64,000 nucleotides of DNA from Candidatus Margulisiibacteriota bacterium (GCA_025453605.1 JALOPZ010000002.1:132631-196630); one strand, 5' to 3'; counted from the stretch's first letter, positions 44,050-53,715 are shown. The notes: generated by a model not told the origin, from the sequence alone. Translations and numbers: made by a program.

Positions 44050-45123
44050 ATGGAAATCGTGATCGTTGTTCTGCTGCTGGTGATCACAGGCTTACTGGTC
44101 TTTTTCCTTACCCGCGGACCAAAGTCCGGCGGAACGGACAAGATCATGATGGATATTATCGAGAATTTGCGGCGGGAGGTCGCCGATTCGACGACCAGGA
44201 ACCGGCAGGAGATCCAGGCGAACCTGACGCAACTGAGCGATAAGCTGTCGGCCGGGCTGGTTGAATCGTCGCAGACGATCCAGCGGCAGTTCCAGCAGAG
44301 CGCCGGGATCATCAAAGACGTCACCGAACGGCTGACCAAACTGGATGAGACGAATAAACAGGTCCTCGACTTTTCCACTCAACTGCAAAGCCTGGAAAAC
44401 GTGCTGCGCAATCCCAAGCACCGCGCGGTTTTAAGCGAATACTGGCTGGAGACGCTGCTCGGCAACGTCTTGGCGCCCAACCAGTACAAGATGCAGTATA
44501 AGTTCAAGGACGGCGACATCGTTGATGCGGCGATAATGTACCGCGACAAGATCATCCCGATCGATGCTAAATTCTCCCTGGAGAAATACAACCGGATCAT
44601 GGCCGAGACCAACGAGGTCCAGCGCAAGGTGCTGGAAAAAGAGTTCAAGCAGGACCTCAAGGACCGGATCGACGAAACCGCCAAATATATCCGGCCGACG
44701 GAAGATACGACCGATTTCGCTTTTATGTTCATCGGCGCGGAAGGGATCTATTATAACCTGCTGATCTACAAGGTCGGCAGCGTCGAGATCTCGGCCCAGG
44801 ACCTGATCGAGTACGCGTTCAAGAAGCACGTGATCATCGTTTCGCCGACCTCGTTCTTCGCTTATCTGGAGACCGTTCTGCACGGCCTCAAGGCGCTGCA
44901 GATGGAGGATAACGTCAAGGAGATCATTAAGAAGGTCGGCGAACTCTCCAAGCACCTGAACAACTACGACTCTTTCATGCAGAAGCTGGGGAACAGCCTG
45001 GGGACCTCGGTCAACCAGTACAATCAGGCGTATAAAGAGTTCGCCAAGATCGATAAGGATGTGGCTAAGCTGACCGCCGGCGAAGCGGGCGGCCAGATCG
45101 AGCCCAAATTATTGTCGTCATGA
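44050..45123 (+). CDS. rmuC: DNA recombination protein RmuC
   Basis: N-terminal TM, long coiled coil, C-terminal RmuC nuclease-like domain (FMFIGAEGIYYNL...VIIVSPTSFFAYL). Confidence 0.8.
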   Translation: MEIVIVVLLLVITGLLVFFLTRGPKSGGTDKIMMDIIENLRREVADSTTRNRQEIQANLTQLSDKLSAGLVESSQTIQRQFQQSAGIIKDVTERLTKLDETNKQVLDFSTQLQSLENVLRNPKHRAVLSEYWLETLLGNVLAPNQYKMQYKFKDGDIVDAAIMYRDKIIPIDAKFSLEKYNRIMAETNEVQRKVLEKEFKQDLKDRIDETAKYIRPTEDTTDFAFMFIGAEGIYYNLLIYKVGSVEISAQDLIEYAFKKHVIIVSPTSFFAYLETVLHGLKALQMEDNVKEIIKKVGELSKHLNNYDSFMQKLGNSLGTSVNQYNQAYKEFAKIDKDVAKLTAGEAGGQIEPKLLSS

Positions 45124-45458
45124 GCCCGGACAATATCACCTTCGACGAATTCCGAAAACTGGACCTGCGGGTCGCGCAGATCAGAGCGGTCGAGGAGATC
45201 GCCGGCGCCGATAAGCTCTATAAACTGCAGATCGACCTGGGGAGCGAGCAGCGGGAGCTGGTGGCGGGGATAAAACTGCATTACCGGCCGGACGAGCTGA
45301 TCGGCCGAAAGATAATCGTGCTGGCCAATCTTGAACCGCGCGCGATCCGCGGCGTCACTTCGCACGGCATGCTGCTGGCGGCCGCGAACGAGGATAAAAG
45401 CGCGGTCGTTTTATTGACGGTGGAAAAGGATCTGCCGGTGGGAGCGAAAGTCTCATAA
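45120..45458 (+). CDS. csaA: tRNA-binding (EMAP/CsaA-type) domain protein
   Basis: FRKLDLRVAQI...KLYKLQIDLG...RKIIVLANLEPRAIRGVTSHGMLLAA is a typical Myf/CsaA OB-fold domain. Confidence 0.75.
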   Translation: MSPDNITFDEFRKLDLRVAQIRAVEEIAGADKLYKLQIDLGSEQRELVAGIKLHYRPDELIGRKIIVLANLEPRAIRGVTSHGMLLAAANEDKSAVVLLTVEKDLPVGAKVS

Positions 45459-45464
45459 TTCCGG

Positions 45465-45492
45465 TTGACAATCCCCCCCTTTAAGCTATAAT
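45465..45492 (+). promoter_or_regulatory. Sigma-70-type promoter (TTGACA-16-TATAAT) immediately upstream of flgF
   Basis: Perfect hexamers. The -10 ends 9 nt before the flgF ATG, implying a leaderless or near-leaderless transcript. Confidence 0.45.
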
Positions 45493-45501
45493 TTTTTCAG
45501 C

Positions 45502-46239
45502 ATGACCGACCGAATTTTGGAGATCGGAAGCGCCGGGCTGGAATCCACTGACCAGCAGGTCAAAAAACTGATGGACAACCTGGTCAATGCTGAGGTCCCC
45601 GGCTACAAAAGATCGGAAGTAGTCGTTAAAGGTTTTCCCGCCGCGCTTGAATCCGCTTCCCAGAAGTTCCAGCCGGTCAAACCGCAGGCCGACACGACTT
45701 TTTACAGCGAGCTCCCCGGCGCCCTGATCAAGACCGGCGGCGCGCTTGACGTCGCTATCGGCTCGGCCGGTTACTTTGTGGTCTCCGGCCAATGGGGCGA
45801 AGGCTATACCCGGGATGGCCGCTTCAAGCTCGACAACGACGGCCGGTTGCTGACGGTGGCCGGCAACTACCCGGTCCAGGGAGAAATGGGGCCGATCATT
45901 GTTACTCCGGGGACCGTGGTTGAGATCAACCAGGAAGGCGACGTGCTGGTCGACCAGGTCAAGGTCGATCGATTGAAACTGGTCCAGCCGGAACAACCGG
46001 GCGGACTGGAGCAACTGAGCGGCAGTCTCTTTAAACGCCAGGACGGGACGGTCGTGATGCAGCCGATCGATAACCCGCGCGTGATCCAGGGTTATGTTGA
46101 GTCATCGAACGTCAATCCGGTCGATGCGATGATGCAGATGATCGTGCTGGAACGGCAATACAGCCTCAACGGCAAAGTTGTTTCCACGCGGGACGGTAAT
46201 TTGGGGCGGGCGATGGAGCTGGGCCGTCCCACCCAGTAG
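45502..46239 (+). CDS. flgF: Flagellar basal-body rod protein FlgF
   Basis: N-terminal DNLVNAEVPGYKR rod motif. C-terminal YVESSNVNPVDAMMQMIVLERQYSLNGKVV. Confidence 0.7.
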   Translation: MTDRILEIGSAGLESTDQQVKKLMDNLVNAEVPGYKRSEVVVKGFPAALESASQKFQPVKPQADTTFYSELPGALIKTGGALDVAIGSAGYFVVSGQWGEGYTRDGRFKLDNDGRLLTVAGNYPVQGEMGPIIVTPGTVVEINQEGDVLVDQVKVDRLKLVQPEQPGGLEQLSGSLFKRQDGTVVMQPIDNPRVIQGYVESSNVNPVDAMMQMIVLERQYSLNGKVVSTRDGNLGRAMELGRPTQ

Positions 46240-46253
46240 AGGAGGGTAAAACA

Positions 46254-47054
46254 ATGTTTCAACCGCTATATGTCGCGGCGACCGGTCTTTCGGCGATGCA
46301 GGATGAGATCCTGAACATCACCAACAACCTGGCTAACGCCAAGACCGTGGCCTTTAAAAAATCACGCGCCGAAATGGAAAGCCTTTTCTACGTGGAAAAG
46401 AGCTTCAAGGATACGCTATACGAAGCAATGTCCGGGACCGAAGCGCCGCCGGTCAACGTGGAGTACGGGACCGGTGTCCGCGTGGCCGCTACGCCGAAGG
46501 ACTTTGCCCAGGGGACGATCGAGATCACCAGTAACCCAACCGACCTGGCGATCCAGGGCGAAGGTTTCTTCCAGGTTCGAATGCCGGACGGCAGTTACGC
46601 TTACACCCGGGCCGGTAATTTCCACGTTGACAATGATAACAATCTGGTCGATCCGAACGGCCGGCTGCTGGCCGCCGCGATCACCTTGCCCGACAACACG
46701 ACCTCGATCGTTGTCCGTCAGGACGGAACGGTCCTGGCGGCGACCGAGGGGAGCACCTCGCTGAGCGAGGTCGGCCAGCTGGCCATTTCCCGGTTCACCA
46801 ATCCGGCCGGACTTAAATCGATCGGGCAAAATCTCTACGCCGCGACCCCGGCTTCCGGCGAACCGGTGACCGGTACGCCGAACCAGGACGGTTACGGCTC
46901 GGTTAACCAGTATTCGCTCGAGTCGAGCAACGTCGACGTTATTTCCGAAATGATGCGGATGGTCATGGTCCAGCGGGTTTTTGACACGGTCAGTAAAGCG
47001 GTGCAGAGCTACCAGGGGATGCTGAACACGCTGCAGCAGATGAAGCAGGGGTAA
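46254..47054 (+). CDS. flgG: Flagellar distal rod protein FlgG
   Basis: NNLANAKTVAFKKSRAEMESLFY at the N-terminus. C-terminal LESSNVDVISEMMRMVMVQRVFD. Confidence 0.8.
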   Translation: MFQPLYVAATGLSAMQDEILNITNNLANAKTVAFKKSRAEMESLFYVEKSFKDTLYEAMSGTEAPPVNVEYGTGVRVAATPKDFAQGTIEITSNPTDLAIQGEGFFQVRMPDGSYAYTRAGNFHVDNDNNLVDPNGRLLAAAITLPDNTTSIVVRQDGTVLAATEGSTSLSEVGQLAISRFTNPAGLKSIGQNLYAATPASGEPVTGTPNQDGYGSVNQYSLESSNVDVISEMMRMVMVQRVFDTVSKAVQSYQGMLNTLQQMKQG

Positions 47055-47097
47055 GGGGTAGAATATCAGGGTATCAGGATATCAGAAAATCAGAGAA

Positions 47098-47811
47098 ATG
47101 AATAAACTGCTTATCAGTTTGATGGTCGGGTTGATGATCGCCAGCGGCGCAGCCGCGCTGAGCGATCCCGAGCAGCGGGTCGGCGCGGTCCTCAAGGATT
47201 TTATCGTTGCCAGGTATCCCGCTTGGGATCGGGCGGAGATCGTCCTGACCTATAAACAGGCGGACAAGGTTTGGGCGGCGCTCCGCGAACTTCCCGACCA
47301 GGCGGCGATCAGTGTGTTGCCGGTGATGCCGGATTTTAAACCAGCCGGCAACGTGATCTTCCCCTTGTTGGTCACCGGTGAGACCGGCGACAGCAAATTC
47401 CTCCTGCGCACCCGGGTCGAGGTCATGAAGAACGTGGTGGCGGTGGCTCAACCGATCAGGCGAGGGACCGCGCTGACGGCCGAACTGTTGAAACTGGAGA
47501 AGCGCGACGTGGCGCTTCTGCCGCCGAAGTATTTTACCGAGACGGCGGGACTGGGCAGTTGGGAAGCCAGGATCGGGATCCCGGCTAACAGCACGCTTTT
47601 TGTCTGGATGATCGGCGCCCCGCCGCTGCTCAGACGCGGCAGCCAGGTCGACCTCCTGGTCAGCGCGCCCGGTTTGTTGGTCAAGGCGAAAGGCGAGGCG
47701 TTGGAAGACGGCCAGCCTGATCAGCTGATCAAGGTTAAACGCCTGGACTCCGGTAAGATCCTGGCGGCCAAGGTTAAAAGTACCAATGAAGTAGAGGTAA
47801 CTGTCGAATGA
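47098..47811 (+). CDS. flgA: Flagellar P-ring assembly chaperone FlgA
   Basis: Signal peptide, SAF domain (VAVAQPIRRGTALTAELL), C-terminal KVKRLDSGKILAAKVKS. Confidence 0.65.
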   Translation: MNKLLISLMVGLMIASGAAALSDPEQRVGAVLKDFIVARYPAWDRAEIVLTYKQADKVWAALRELPDQAAISVLPVMPDFKPAGNVIFPLLVTGETGDSKFLLRTRVEVMKNVVAVAQPIRRGTALTAELLKLEKRDVALLPPKYFTETAGLGSWEARIGIPANSTLFVWMIGAPPLLRRGSQVDLLVSAPGLLVKAKGEALEDGQPDQLIKVKRLDSGKILAAKVKSTNEVEVTVE

Positions 47812-48398
47812 ATAAAAAACTGCTGGCGCTCGGATCACTTTTACTGGCGTTGACGGTGTCGGCCGGCGCGGACTCGCTCTGGGGCGATAACAGCGCTTCG
47901 CCGTACTCGACCCAAAAAGGGTACAAGGTTGGCGATATCATCAACATCATCGTTTTGGAAAGCACCTCGGCCAAGAGCCTAGCCGGCAGTAAGTCTGACG
48001 TTAAAGATGACCTGAACGCCAAGTTGACCCACACGCTGGCCCGACTGGCGCCGGTGATCGGGACCAATACCCAGATCGCCGGGTCGGCCCAGAACAAGTA
48101 CATCGGCGACGCGTCGACCAACCGGGGGAACAATGTTTCCGCCCGGATCGCCGCCTGGGTGACGGAAGTCCTCCCCAACGGCAATCTGAACATCAAAGGT
48201 TTACACCGGGTCGAGGTTAACGATGAGCTGCAGGAGATCTCGATCACCGGGCAGATCCGGCCGAAGGATGTCAGCGGAGGGAACACGATCTATTCCTATC
48301 AGGTAGCTAACGCCGAACTGGCGGTCAAAGGGACGGGCGCGGTAGCCGACAGCAGTTCACCCGGCTGGCTGACCAGGATATTTAATTGGATCTTTTAG
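47808..48398 (+). CDS. flgH: Flagellar L-ring protein FlgH (no lipobox Cys)
   Basis: SLWGDNSASPYSTQKGYKVGDIINIIVLES is the FlgH signature. The mature protein has no cysteine. Confidence 0.8.
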   Translation: MNKKLLALGSLLLALTVSAGADSLWGDNSASPYSTQKGYKVGDIINIIVLESTSAKSLAGSKSDVKDDLNAKLTHTLARLAPVIGTNTQIAGSAQNKYIGDASTNRGNNVSARIAAWVTEVLPNGNLNIKGLHRVEVNDELQEISITGQIRPKDVSGGNTIYSYQVANAELAVKGTGAVADSSSPGWLTRIFNWIF

Positions 48399-48407
48399 GA
48401 GGACCTA

Positions 48408-49508
48408 GTGAAATTTAACAGGCTGATCGTCCTGGCCGCGATCCTGACCGTGCTGGCGACCGCCGCTACGGCAGCGATGCCGGCTTCGCGCGTCAAAGAC
48501 CTCGCTTCGGTCCTGGGCGCCAGGGAAAATCAGCTCCTCGGTTTCGGCCTGGTCGTCGGACTCAACAATACCGGCGACAAGACCCAGACCGGCTTCACTC
48601 AGCAGGCGCTGACTAACCTATTGTCGCGCATGGGCGTGGTCCCGCAGGTCGTCGATTTTAAGTCGCGCAATGTCGCCGCGGTCATGGTCACCGCCACTCT
48701 GCCGCCGTTCACCCCGGCCGGCCAGAAACTGGACGTGACCGTCTCGTCGGTCGGCGACGCGACCTCGCTGCAGGGGGGGACCTTGCTGATGACCCCGCTG
48801 CAGGGCGCGGACGACCAGGTTTACGCGGTAGCGCAGGGGAGCCTGGTGGTCGGCGTCGATCCCGCCTCGCCGAGCGTTCCTTACGCCCGGCAGCGGCAGG
48901 TCACGGTCGGCCGGATACCATCCGGGGCGCTGGTTGAAAAAGAAGTCCCGGTCACGCTGGCCGGCAAGGCCGGATTGTCGATCGTCCTCAACGAACCCGA
49001 TTTCACGACCGCCAATCGCCTGGTTAGCGCGATCCGCACGGCCGGGTTTGACGCCACCGCCCGCGACGCCGGCACGATCACGGTGCCGCTCTCCGGCGAG
49101 GACATTGTCACGATGATCGCCCGGATCGAAAATCTCAAGATCACCCCGGACACGGTCGCCAAGATCGTGATCAACGAACGGACCGGCACCGTGGTGATCG
49201 GCGAGAACGTAGTGCTGGCGCCGGTCGCCGTCTCTTACGGCGGGATCGACGTCTACATCGGCGGGATCGATCTTTATTCGGAGGGGACCAACTCCGAGAA
49301 CATCGAGGGGGAAACCCGCTACACCGCCCAGGGCAAAGCCCGGATGAAGAAGAAAGAGACCAAGCTGACCCTGGTCCCGGCGGCGCCGACCCTGGCGACG
49401 TTGGTCCGGGCGCTGAACACGATCGGCCTGTCGAACAAAGACCTGATCGCGATCCTGCAGGCGATGAAAAAAGCGGGCGCCATCAAGGCAGAGCTGGAGG
49501 TCATATGA
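48408..49508 (+). CDS. flgI: Flagellar P-ring protein FlgI
   Basis: Signal peptide. RVKDLASVLGARENQLLGFGLVVGLNNTGD is the FlgI N-terminal signature. Confidence 0.85.
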   Translation: MKFNRLIVLAAILTVLATAATAAMPASRVKDLASVLGARENQLLGFGLVVGLNNTGDKTQTGFTQQALTNLLSRMGVVPQVVDFKSRNVAAVMVTATLPPFTPAGQKLDVTVSSVGDATSLQGGTLLMTPLQGADDQVYAVAQGSLVVGVDPASPSVPYARQRQVTVGRIPSGALVEKEVPVTLAGKAGLSIVLNEPDFTTANRLVSAIRTAGFDATARDAGTITVPLSGEDIVTMIARIENLKITPDTVAKIVINERTGTVVIGENVVLAPVAVSYGGIDVYIGGIDLYSEGTNSENIEGETRYTAQGKARMKKKETKLTLVPAAPTLATLVRALNTIGLSNKDLIAILQAMKKAGAIKAELEVI

Positions 49509-49801
49509 TCGAGGCGGTCCAAACCGGTTTACCGGTCAGCGGCGCTCCCGTCGGAGCGACCGCGACCAGGCGGCAGCAGGCGGAAGTGGAGTTTATGACG
49601 ATCTTTTACAAGGAGATGCTCAAGCAGGTCTTCAAGACGCCGCGGTTAAGCGGTGAAGACGAGGAAGAAAGCGGTTTCAGCTCCGCGCTGACCGCGATGA
49701 ACTCCGACCTGCTGGCGGAAAAAATGGCGGAACAGATGGTTAAAAGCGCCCTGGCTAACCGGCAGTGGTCCGGTCTCGGCGCACCGGCGGTCGGCCAATG
49801 A
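49505..49801 (+). CDS. flgJ: Flagellar rod-binding protein (FlgJ N-terminal domain only)
   Basis: QQAEVEFMTIFYKEMLKQVFKT matches the rod-binding AxxFEaxFlxxMLKsM motif. 98 aa, no muramidase domain. Confidence 0.55.
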   Translation: MIEAVQTGLPVSGAPVGATATRRQQAEVEFMTIFYKEMLKQVFKTPRLSGEDEEESGFSSALTAMNSDLLAEKMAEQMVKSALANRQWSGLGAPAVGQ

Positions 49802-50538
49802 GCAAACCATCGGTCGCCAAACAGAAAAAATCGAGCGGGCCGGCCAGGGTGCTGATCCAGGGATCGGTCGAGGCGTACATGCCGCTGGTCCATTCGATCG
49901 CTTCGATGGTTTCGGGCAAAGGTTTGCCGCCGAACATCGAGTACGACGATCTGGTCTCCGACGGGACGGTCGGCCTGATGAAAGCCTGGGAGAATTTTGA
50001 CCCCAAACGGGGGGTCAAATTCGAGACCTACGCCTCCTACCGGATCCGCGGCGAGATGCTGGACGGTCTGAAGAATTACAGCCCGGTCCCGTACCGGGTC
50101 CAGGTGATGGTCCGCGATCTGGCCAAAAAAGGGGTCAAGTCGGTCATCAGCAAAAAAGAAGCGGCGGAAGAAGAGCTGCTGGAAAAGCGCGAGCTCTCCG
50201 AAGACGAGTTCAAGCAGGCGCTGAAACGGATCAAGAAGATCGTTTCGGCGTCGGCACTGATGTACCTGCTCTCCATCCAGGGGATGTCGGAGGCTGGCGT
50301 CGAGCCGCAGGTCTCCAATGAGGGGACGCCCGATTCCGAAGCGGATTTTGCCGAGCTTAAGGAGCGGATCCGCGGCGCGGTTTACGACCTGCCGCAGCAG
50401 CAGCGCCAGATCATCGAGCTCTTTTTCCATAAAGGGATCAATCAGAAGACGATCGCCGAGAAGCTGAGGCTGTCGCGGCCCAAGGTCTGCCGGGTGATCA
50501 GCAAAGCGATCGAAGCGCTGAAAAAGAAGGTAAAGTAA
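49798..50538 (+). CDS. fliA: Flagellar sigma factor FliA/sigma-28 family
   Basis: Sigma-70 region 2 (LVSDGTVGLMKAWENFD...FETYASYRIRGEMLD) and region 4 HTH (TIAEKLRLSRPKVCRVISKA). ATGA overlap with flgJ. Confidence 0.7.
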   Translation: MSKPSVAKQKKSSGPARVLIQGSVEAYMPLVHSIASMVSGKGLPPNIEYDDLVSDGTVGLMKAWENFDPKRGVKFETYASYRIRGEMLDGLKNYSPVPYRVQVMVRDLAKKGVKSVISKKEAAEEELLEKRELSEDEFKQALKRIKKIVSASALMYLLSIQGMSEAGVEPQVSNEGTPDSEADFAELKERIRGAVYDLPQQQRQIIELFFHKGINQKTIAEKLRLSRPKVCRVISKAIEALKKKVK

Positions 50539-50539
50539 A

Positions 50540-50848
50540 ATGGTCTTTTCGCCGGTCGAGATCTTTGACAGTTCTTTCGGCGGCCTGGAAAGAGCGATGC
50601 AGGTCGCGACCCAGAGACAGATGGTCATCGCGCAAAATATCGCCAACGCCAAAACGCCGGGTTACCGGGCGATGACCTTTGATGAACAGTTGATGAAAGC
50701 GGTGGAACGGGCCGAACGGCGCGATGTCGTCCTGGAGGACGAACTGTCGGCCCTGACCGAGAACTCGGTAAAGTATTCCGCGGTCACCAAGCTGATGACC
50801 GCCAAGCTCAATGTCCTGAAGACGATCGTCACGCAGGGAAGGAGATGA
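50540..50848 (+). CDS. flgB: Flagellar proximal rod protein FlgB
   Basis: QRQMVIAQNIANAKTPGYRA motif, ~100 aa. Confidence 0.75.
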   Translation: MVFSPVEIFDSSFGGLERAMQVATQRQMVIAQNIANAKTPGYRAMTFDEQLMKAVERAERRDVVLEDELSALTENSVKYSAVTKLMTAKLNVLKTIVTQGRR

Positions 50849-50854
50849 TGAGCG

Positions 50855-51301
50855 ATGGGCTTTGATGACGCGCTGGAAATAAGCGTTTCCGGGGTTGAGG
50901 CGCAGCGCCGGACCATGGAGCTGATCTCGTCTAACCTGGCGAACATCAGTACGACCCGCACCGCTTTTGGCGGTCCCTACCGGCGCAAGATCGCTGTTTT
51001 GGGCGAAAAACAGATCTCCTTTGATCAGGCCCTCGGTGAGGCGCAGTTGCGGCTGACCGGGACCGCGGGCGGGAACGGGGGCGTGGCGGTGCTGGACGTG
51101 GTCGAAGACAGTTCCCCTTTGCCCAAGGTCTACAATCCCGGCCACCCCGACGCCGACGAGAACGGCTACGTCCAAATGCCCAACGTCAATATGTCCAACG
51201 AAATGATCGACATGATCATGACTTCCCGGCTGTACGAAGCGAACATTACCGCGTTCAACGCGACCAAAAAAATGATGCAGGACACGCTGGCGATCCAGTA
51301 A
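50855..51301 (+). CDS. flgC: Flagellar proximal rod protein FlgC
   Basis: SNLANISTTRT ... YVQMPNVNMSNEMIDMIMTSRLYEANI. Confidence 0.8.
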   Translation: MGFDDALEISVSGVEAQRRTMELISSNLANISTTRTAFGGPYRRKIAVLGEKQISFDQALGEAQLRLTGTAGGNGGVAVLDVVEDSSPLPKVYNPGHPDADENGYVQMPNVNMSNEMIDMIMTSRLYEANITAFNATKKMMQDTLAIQ

Positions 51302-51325
51302 GTGTCCGACTGGAGGGGGTAAAAC

Positions 51326-51691
51326 ATGGTGCAGGGGATCGATCCGGTTTCCGCTAACCAGCGCCTGGCCCAGATACTGGGCGATGAGCCGTTAATGGCC
51401 CAGGCCGAATCGCCCGTGCAGATGGGACAGGGTGCGGGCGGTGTGACCCGGGCCGGTTTTACCGGCAATGCCTTTGACGACCTGCTCGGCAAAGCGATCG
51501 AATCGCTCGACGGGGTCAGCAAAACCGAGTTCCACGCCAATCAGGTGATCGACCAGTACATCAAGGGTAAGGCCGATCTCCAGGAGGTAATGGTCGCCCA
51601 GTCCAAAGCGACCATTATGGCCCAGCTGGCAGTGACGACGGTCAACGCGGCGGTCAACACCTTTAAAGAAATAACGCAGATGCAGATCTGA
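51326..51691 (+). CDS. fliE: Flagellar hook-basal body protein FliE
   Basis: C-terminal LQEVMVAQSKATIMAQLAVTTVNAAVNTFKEITQMQI. Confidence 0.7.
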   Translation: MVQGIDPVSANQRLAQILGDEPLMAQAESPVQMGQGAGGVTRAGFTGNAFDDLLGKAIESLDGVSKTEFHANQVIDQYIKGKADLQEVMVAQSKATIMAQLAVTTVNAAVNTFKEITQMQI

Positions 51692-51755
51692 TGGATAGCG
51701 GTAAGCTGTAGGTCGTAAGCGGTAAGTTGTAAGTTAAGAAAAGAAAGGGGACAAG

Positions 51756-53249
51756 ATGGCGGAACCAGCGGGCGGTTTTGATCTGCGCCGATTGATCTTG
51801 GTCGGCGGCGTGATGCTTGTGGTCCTCTTTTCCGTGCTCTTTTTCGTTTTTCGCAGCTGCGCTCCGGCCCTGAGCGAGTCGGCGGCGCGCAAGCCGGGGT
51901 ATACCGTGATCTATTCCAATCTCGACCTCAAGGACGCCGCCAACGTCATTGCCCGGCTCAAGGAGAGCAATCTCCCGTACGAGATCAGGGATGACGGCCG
52001 GGCGATCGCCGTCCCCAAAGAAAAAGCCGACCAGGCGCGCCTGAGCCTGGCGGAAAAGAACCTGCCGGTCGGCGGCTCGGTCGGCTGGGAGATCTTCAAC
52101 GAATCCAAACTGGGCGCTACCGATTTTGACCGCCGGATCCAGCTGATCAGAGCGATCTCCGGCGAACTGGCCCGGATGATCAGGCGGATCAACGGGGTTG
52201 AAGAAGCGACCGTCCAGGTCGTGATCCCCGAGACCAAACTGTTCGCGGCGACGACCGCCCCGGTGACCGCCGCGGTCATGCTCCGCCTGCGCCCCGGTTT
52301 TATGTTGGCGCCGGAAAAGATCAACGGCATCGTTCACCTGGTCGCCAGCAGCGTGGAAAATCTGCAATTGGAGAATGTCACCGTGGTCGATGACACCGGG
52401 CGGATCCTGACCGGGAAAATGGCGGCGCTGACCACCCGGCTGGCTGCCAGTCCGCCGCCGCCGGCCGAGCGTCCGGTTGAGATCAAAGAACCGGAGCCGT
52501 TGCCTCCATCGCCGGATGTGGTGATGAGGAGGCCGGTCGCGATCGCGACGGTGGAAGTGAGCAAAACGGCCAAGCCGGTAACCGTGGAAGCGGTGCTGAC
52601 CCGGCCGGCCACCCTGACCGCCACGGAGAAACTGAAGATCAAGATCCAGACTAAAAAAGAGCTGGAGCAGGAACTGGCCGGCAAAGCCCAGGAGCTGCTC
52701 AATCGCTTTTACCCGCTCAACAGCGTGATCGTTCGGGTCACGGCTGACTTTAAACCGGCTAAAGAGAACGAACTGCGCAATAAAGAGCTCCAGATCAAAA
52801 AGATCACGACGGTGATCCTGGTCGACAACCGGGTCGATTTTAATGCCAATCTGAAGCAGGCGACCTTCACGACCGTCGCCGCCGCGGTCAACTACCACAA
52901 AAAGCGGGGCGACCGGATCATCCTGCAGCGGGTTCCGTTCCATCTGGCGACCCCGCCGCTTAGCCAGGCGAAGGGCGTAACCGGGCAGGCTGTCCGCCAA
53001 CCCGGGCGGGCCCTCCAGCTCTGGGGGACACTGCTGACCGCGCAAAGGTTGATCGGCGCCGGGATCGCCTTTGTCCTGCTCGTCCTGGTCTTCTGGTTCT
53101 TTACCGGCCGGTCCAGGCGGCCGGAGCCGCTCGGCGCGCCCCCCGTTCAGGAGCGAGAGAATGTGTCCAAACTTGATCAGGTCAGGAACGCGGTCGTCCA
53201 GGACCCGGAGAAGATCGCGGCCCTGCTAAAAAAATGGTTGAGCGAATAA
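51756..53249 (+). CDS. fliF: Flagellar MS-ring protein FliF
   Basis: N-terminal TM, RBM domains (LDLKDAANVIARLKE..), proline-rich linker, C-terminal TM. Confidence 0.8.
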   Translation: MAEPAGGFDLRRLILVGGVMLVVLFSVLFFVFRSCAPALSESAARKPGYTVIYSNLDLKDAANVIARLKESNLPYEIRDDGRAIAVPKEKADQARLSLAEKNLPVGGSVGWEIFNESKLGATDFDRRIQLIRAISGELARMIRRINGVEEATVQVVIPETKLFAATTAPVTAAVMLRLRPGFMLAPEKINGIVHLVASSVENLQLENVTVVDDTGRILTGKMAALTTRLAASPPPPAERPVEIKEPEPLPPSPDVVMRRPVAIATVEVSKTAKPVTVEAVLTRPATLTATEKLKIKIQTKKELEQELAGKAQELLNRFYPLNSVIVRVTADFKPAKENELRNKELQIKKITTVILVDNRVDFNANLKQATFTTVAAAVNYHKKRGDRIILQRVPFHLATPPLSQAKGVTGQAVRQPGRALQLWGTLLTAQRLIGAGIAFVLLVLVFWFFTGRSRRPEPLGAPPVQERENVSKLDQVRNAVVQDPEKIAALLKKWLSE

Positions 53250-53250
53250 T

Positions 53251-53712
53251 ATGGCATTGACCGGACGAGAAAAAGCGACGATATTTCTTTCCCTCCTCGG
53301 GGCGGACGTTTCCGCCCGGGTGCTCCGTTATCTGCCGGATGAGCTGGCGGACGTGATCGCCGCCGGGATCAATCACCTGCCGACCCCTTCGCCGGATGCG
53401 CTGGCCGAAATAATGGCCGAATACAACAGTTTTTTGGCTTTACCACCGCCGATCGAAAGGACCGAACAGATCGTTTATGAAACGGCGCCAGCCGTCGCCC
53501 GCAAGAATTACGCGCCGCTCCTTTACGAGCGGCCGCAACTGGCCGCCTTTATTGTCTCTTTGCTGCCGGCCGATGAACGGGAAGCCGCCTTGCGCGCTTT
53601 TCCCAAGAACCGGGCGGCGATCGAAGAATTGCTCACCGCATTAAAAGAGAACGATCTGCAGCCCAAGATAGCGGAACGCCTGCGGCAGCAGTATGCCGGG
53701 ATCATCTTTTAA
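53251..53712 (+). CDS. FliG N-terminal-domain-only protein (truncated FliG homolog)
   Basis: LTGREKATIFLSLLGADVSARVLRYLPDELADVIAAGINHL matches the FliF-binding N-domain of FliG. The product is only 153 aa, and fliH starts 4 nt later. Confidence 0.55.
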   Translation: MALTGREKATIFLSLLGADVSARVLRYLPDELADVIAAGINHLPTPSPDALAEIMAEYNSFLALPPPIERTEQIVYETAPAVARKNYAPLLYERPQLAAFIVSLLPADEREAALRAFPKNRAAIEELLTALKENDLQPKIAERLRQQYAGIIF

Positions 53713-53715
53713 ATC

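Noticed and set aside
43863-44378. A 171-aa minus-strand ORF spanning the structured intergenic region and the rmuC 5' end.
   Set aside because: Low-complexity Ser/Leu-rich product, no RBS, overlaps the rmuC start. The region is better explained as non-coding structured DNA/RNA.
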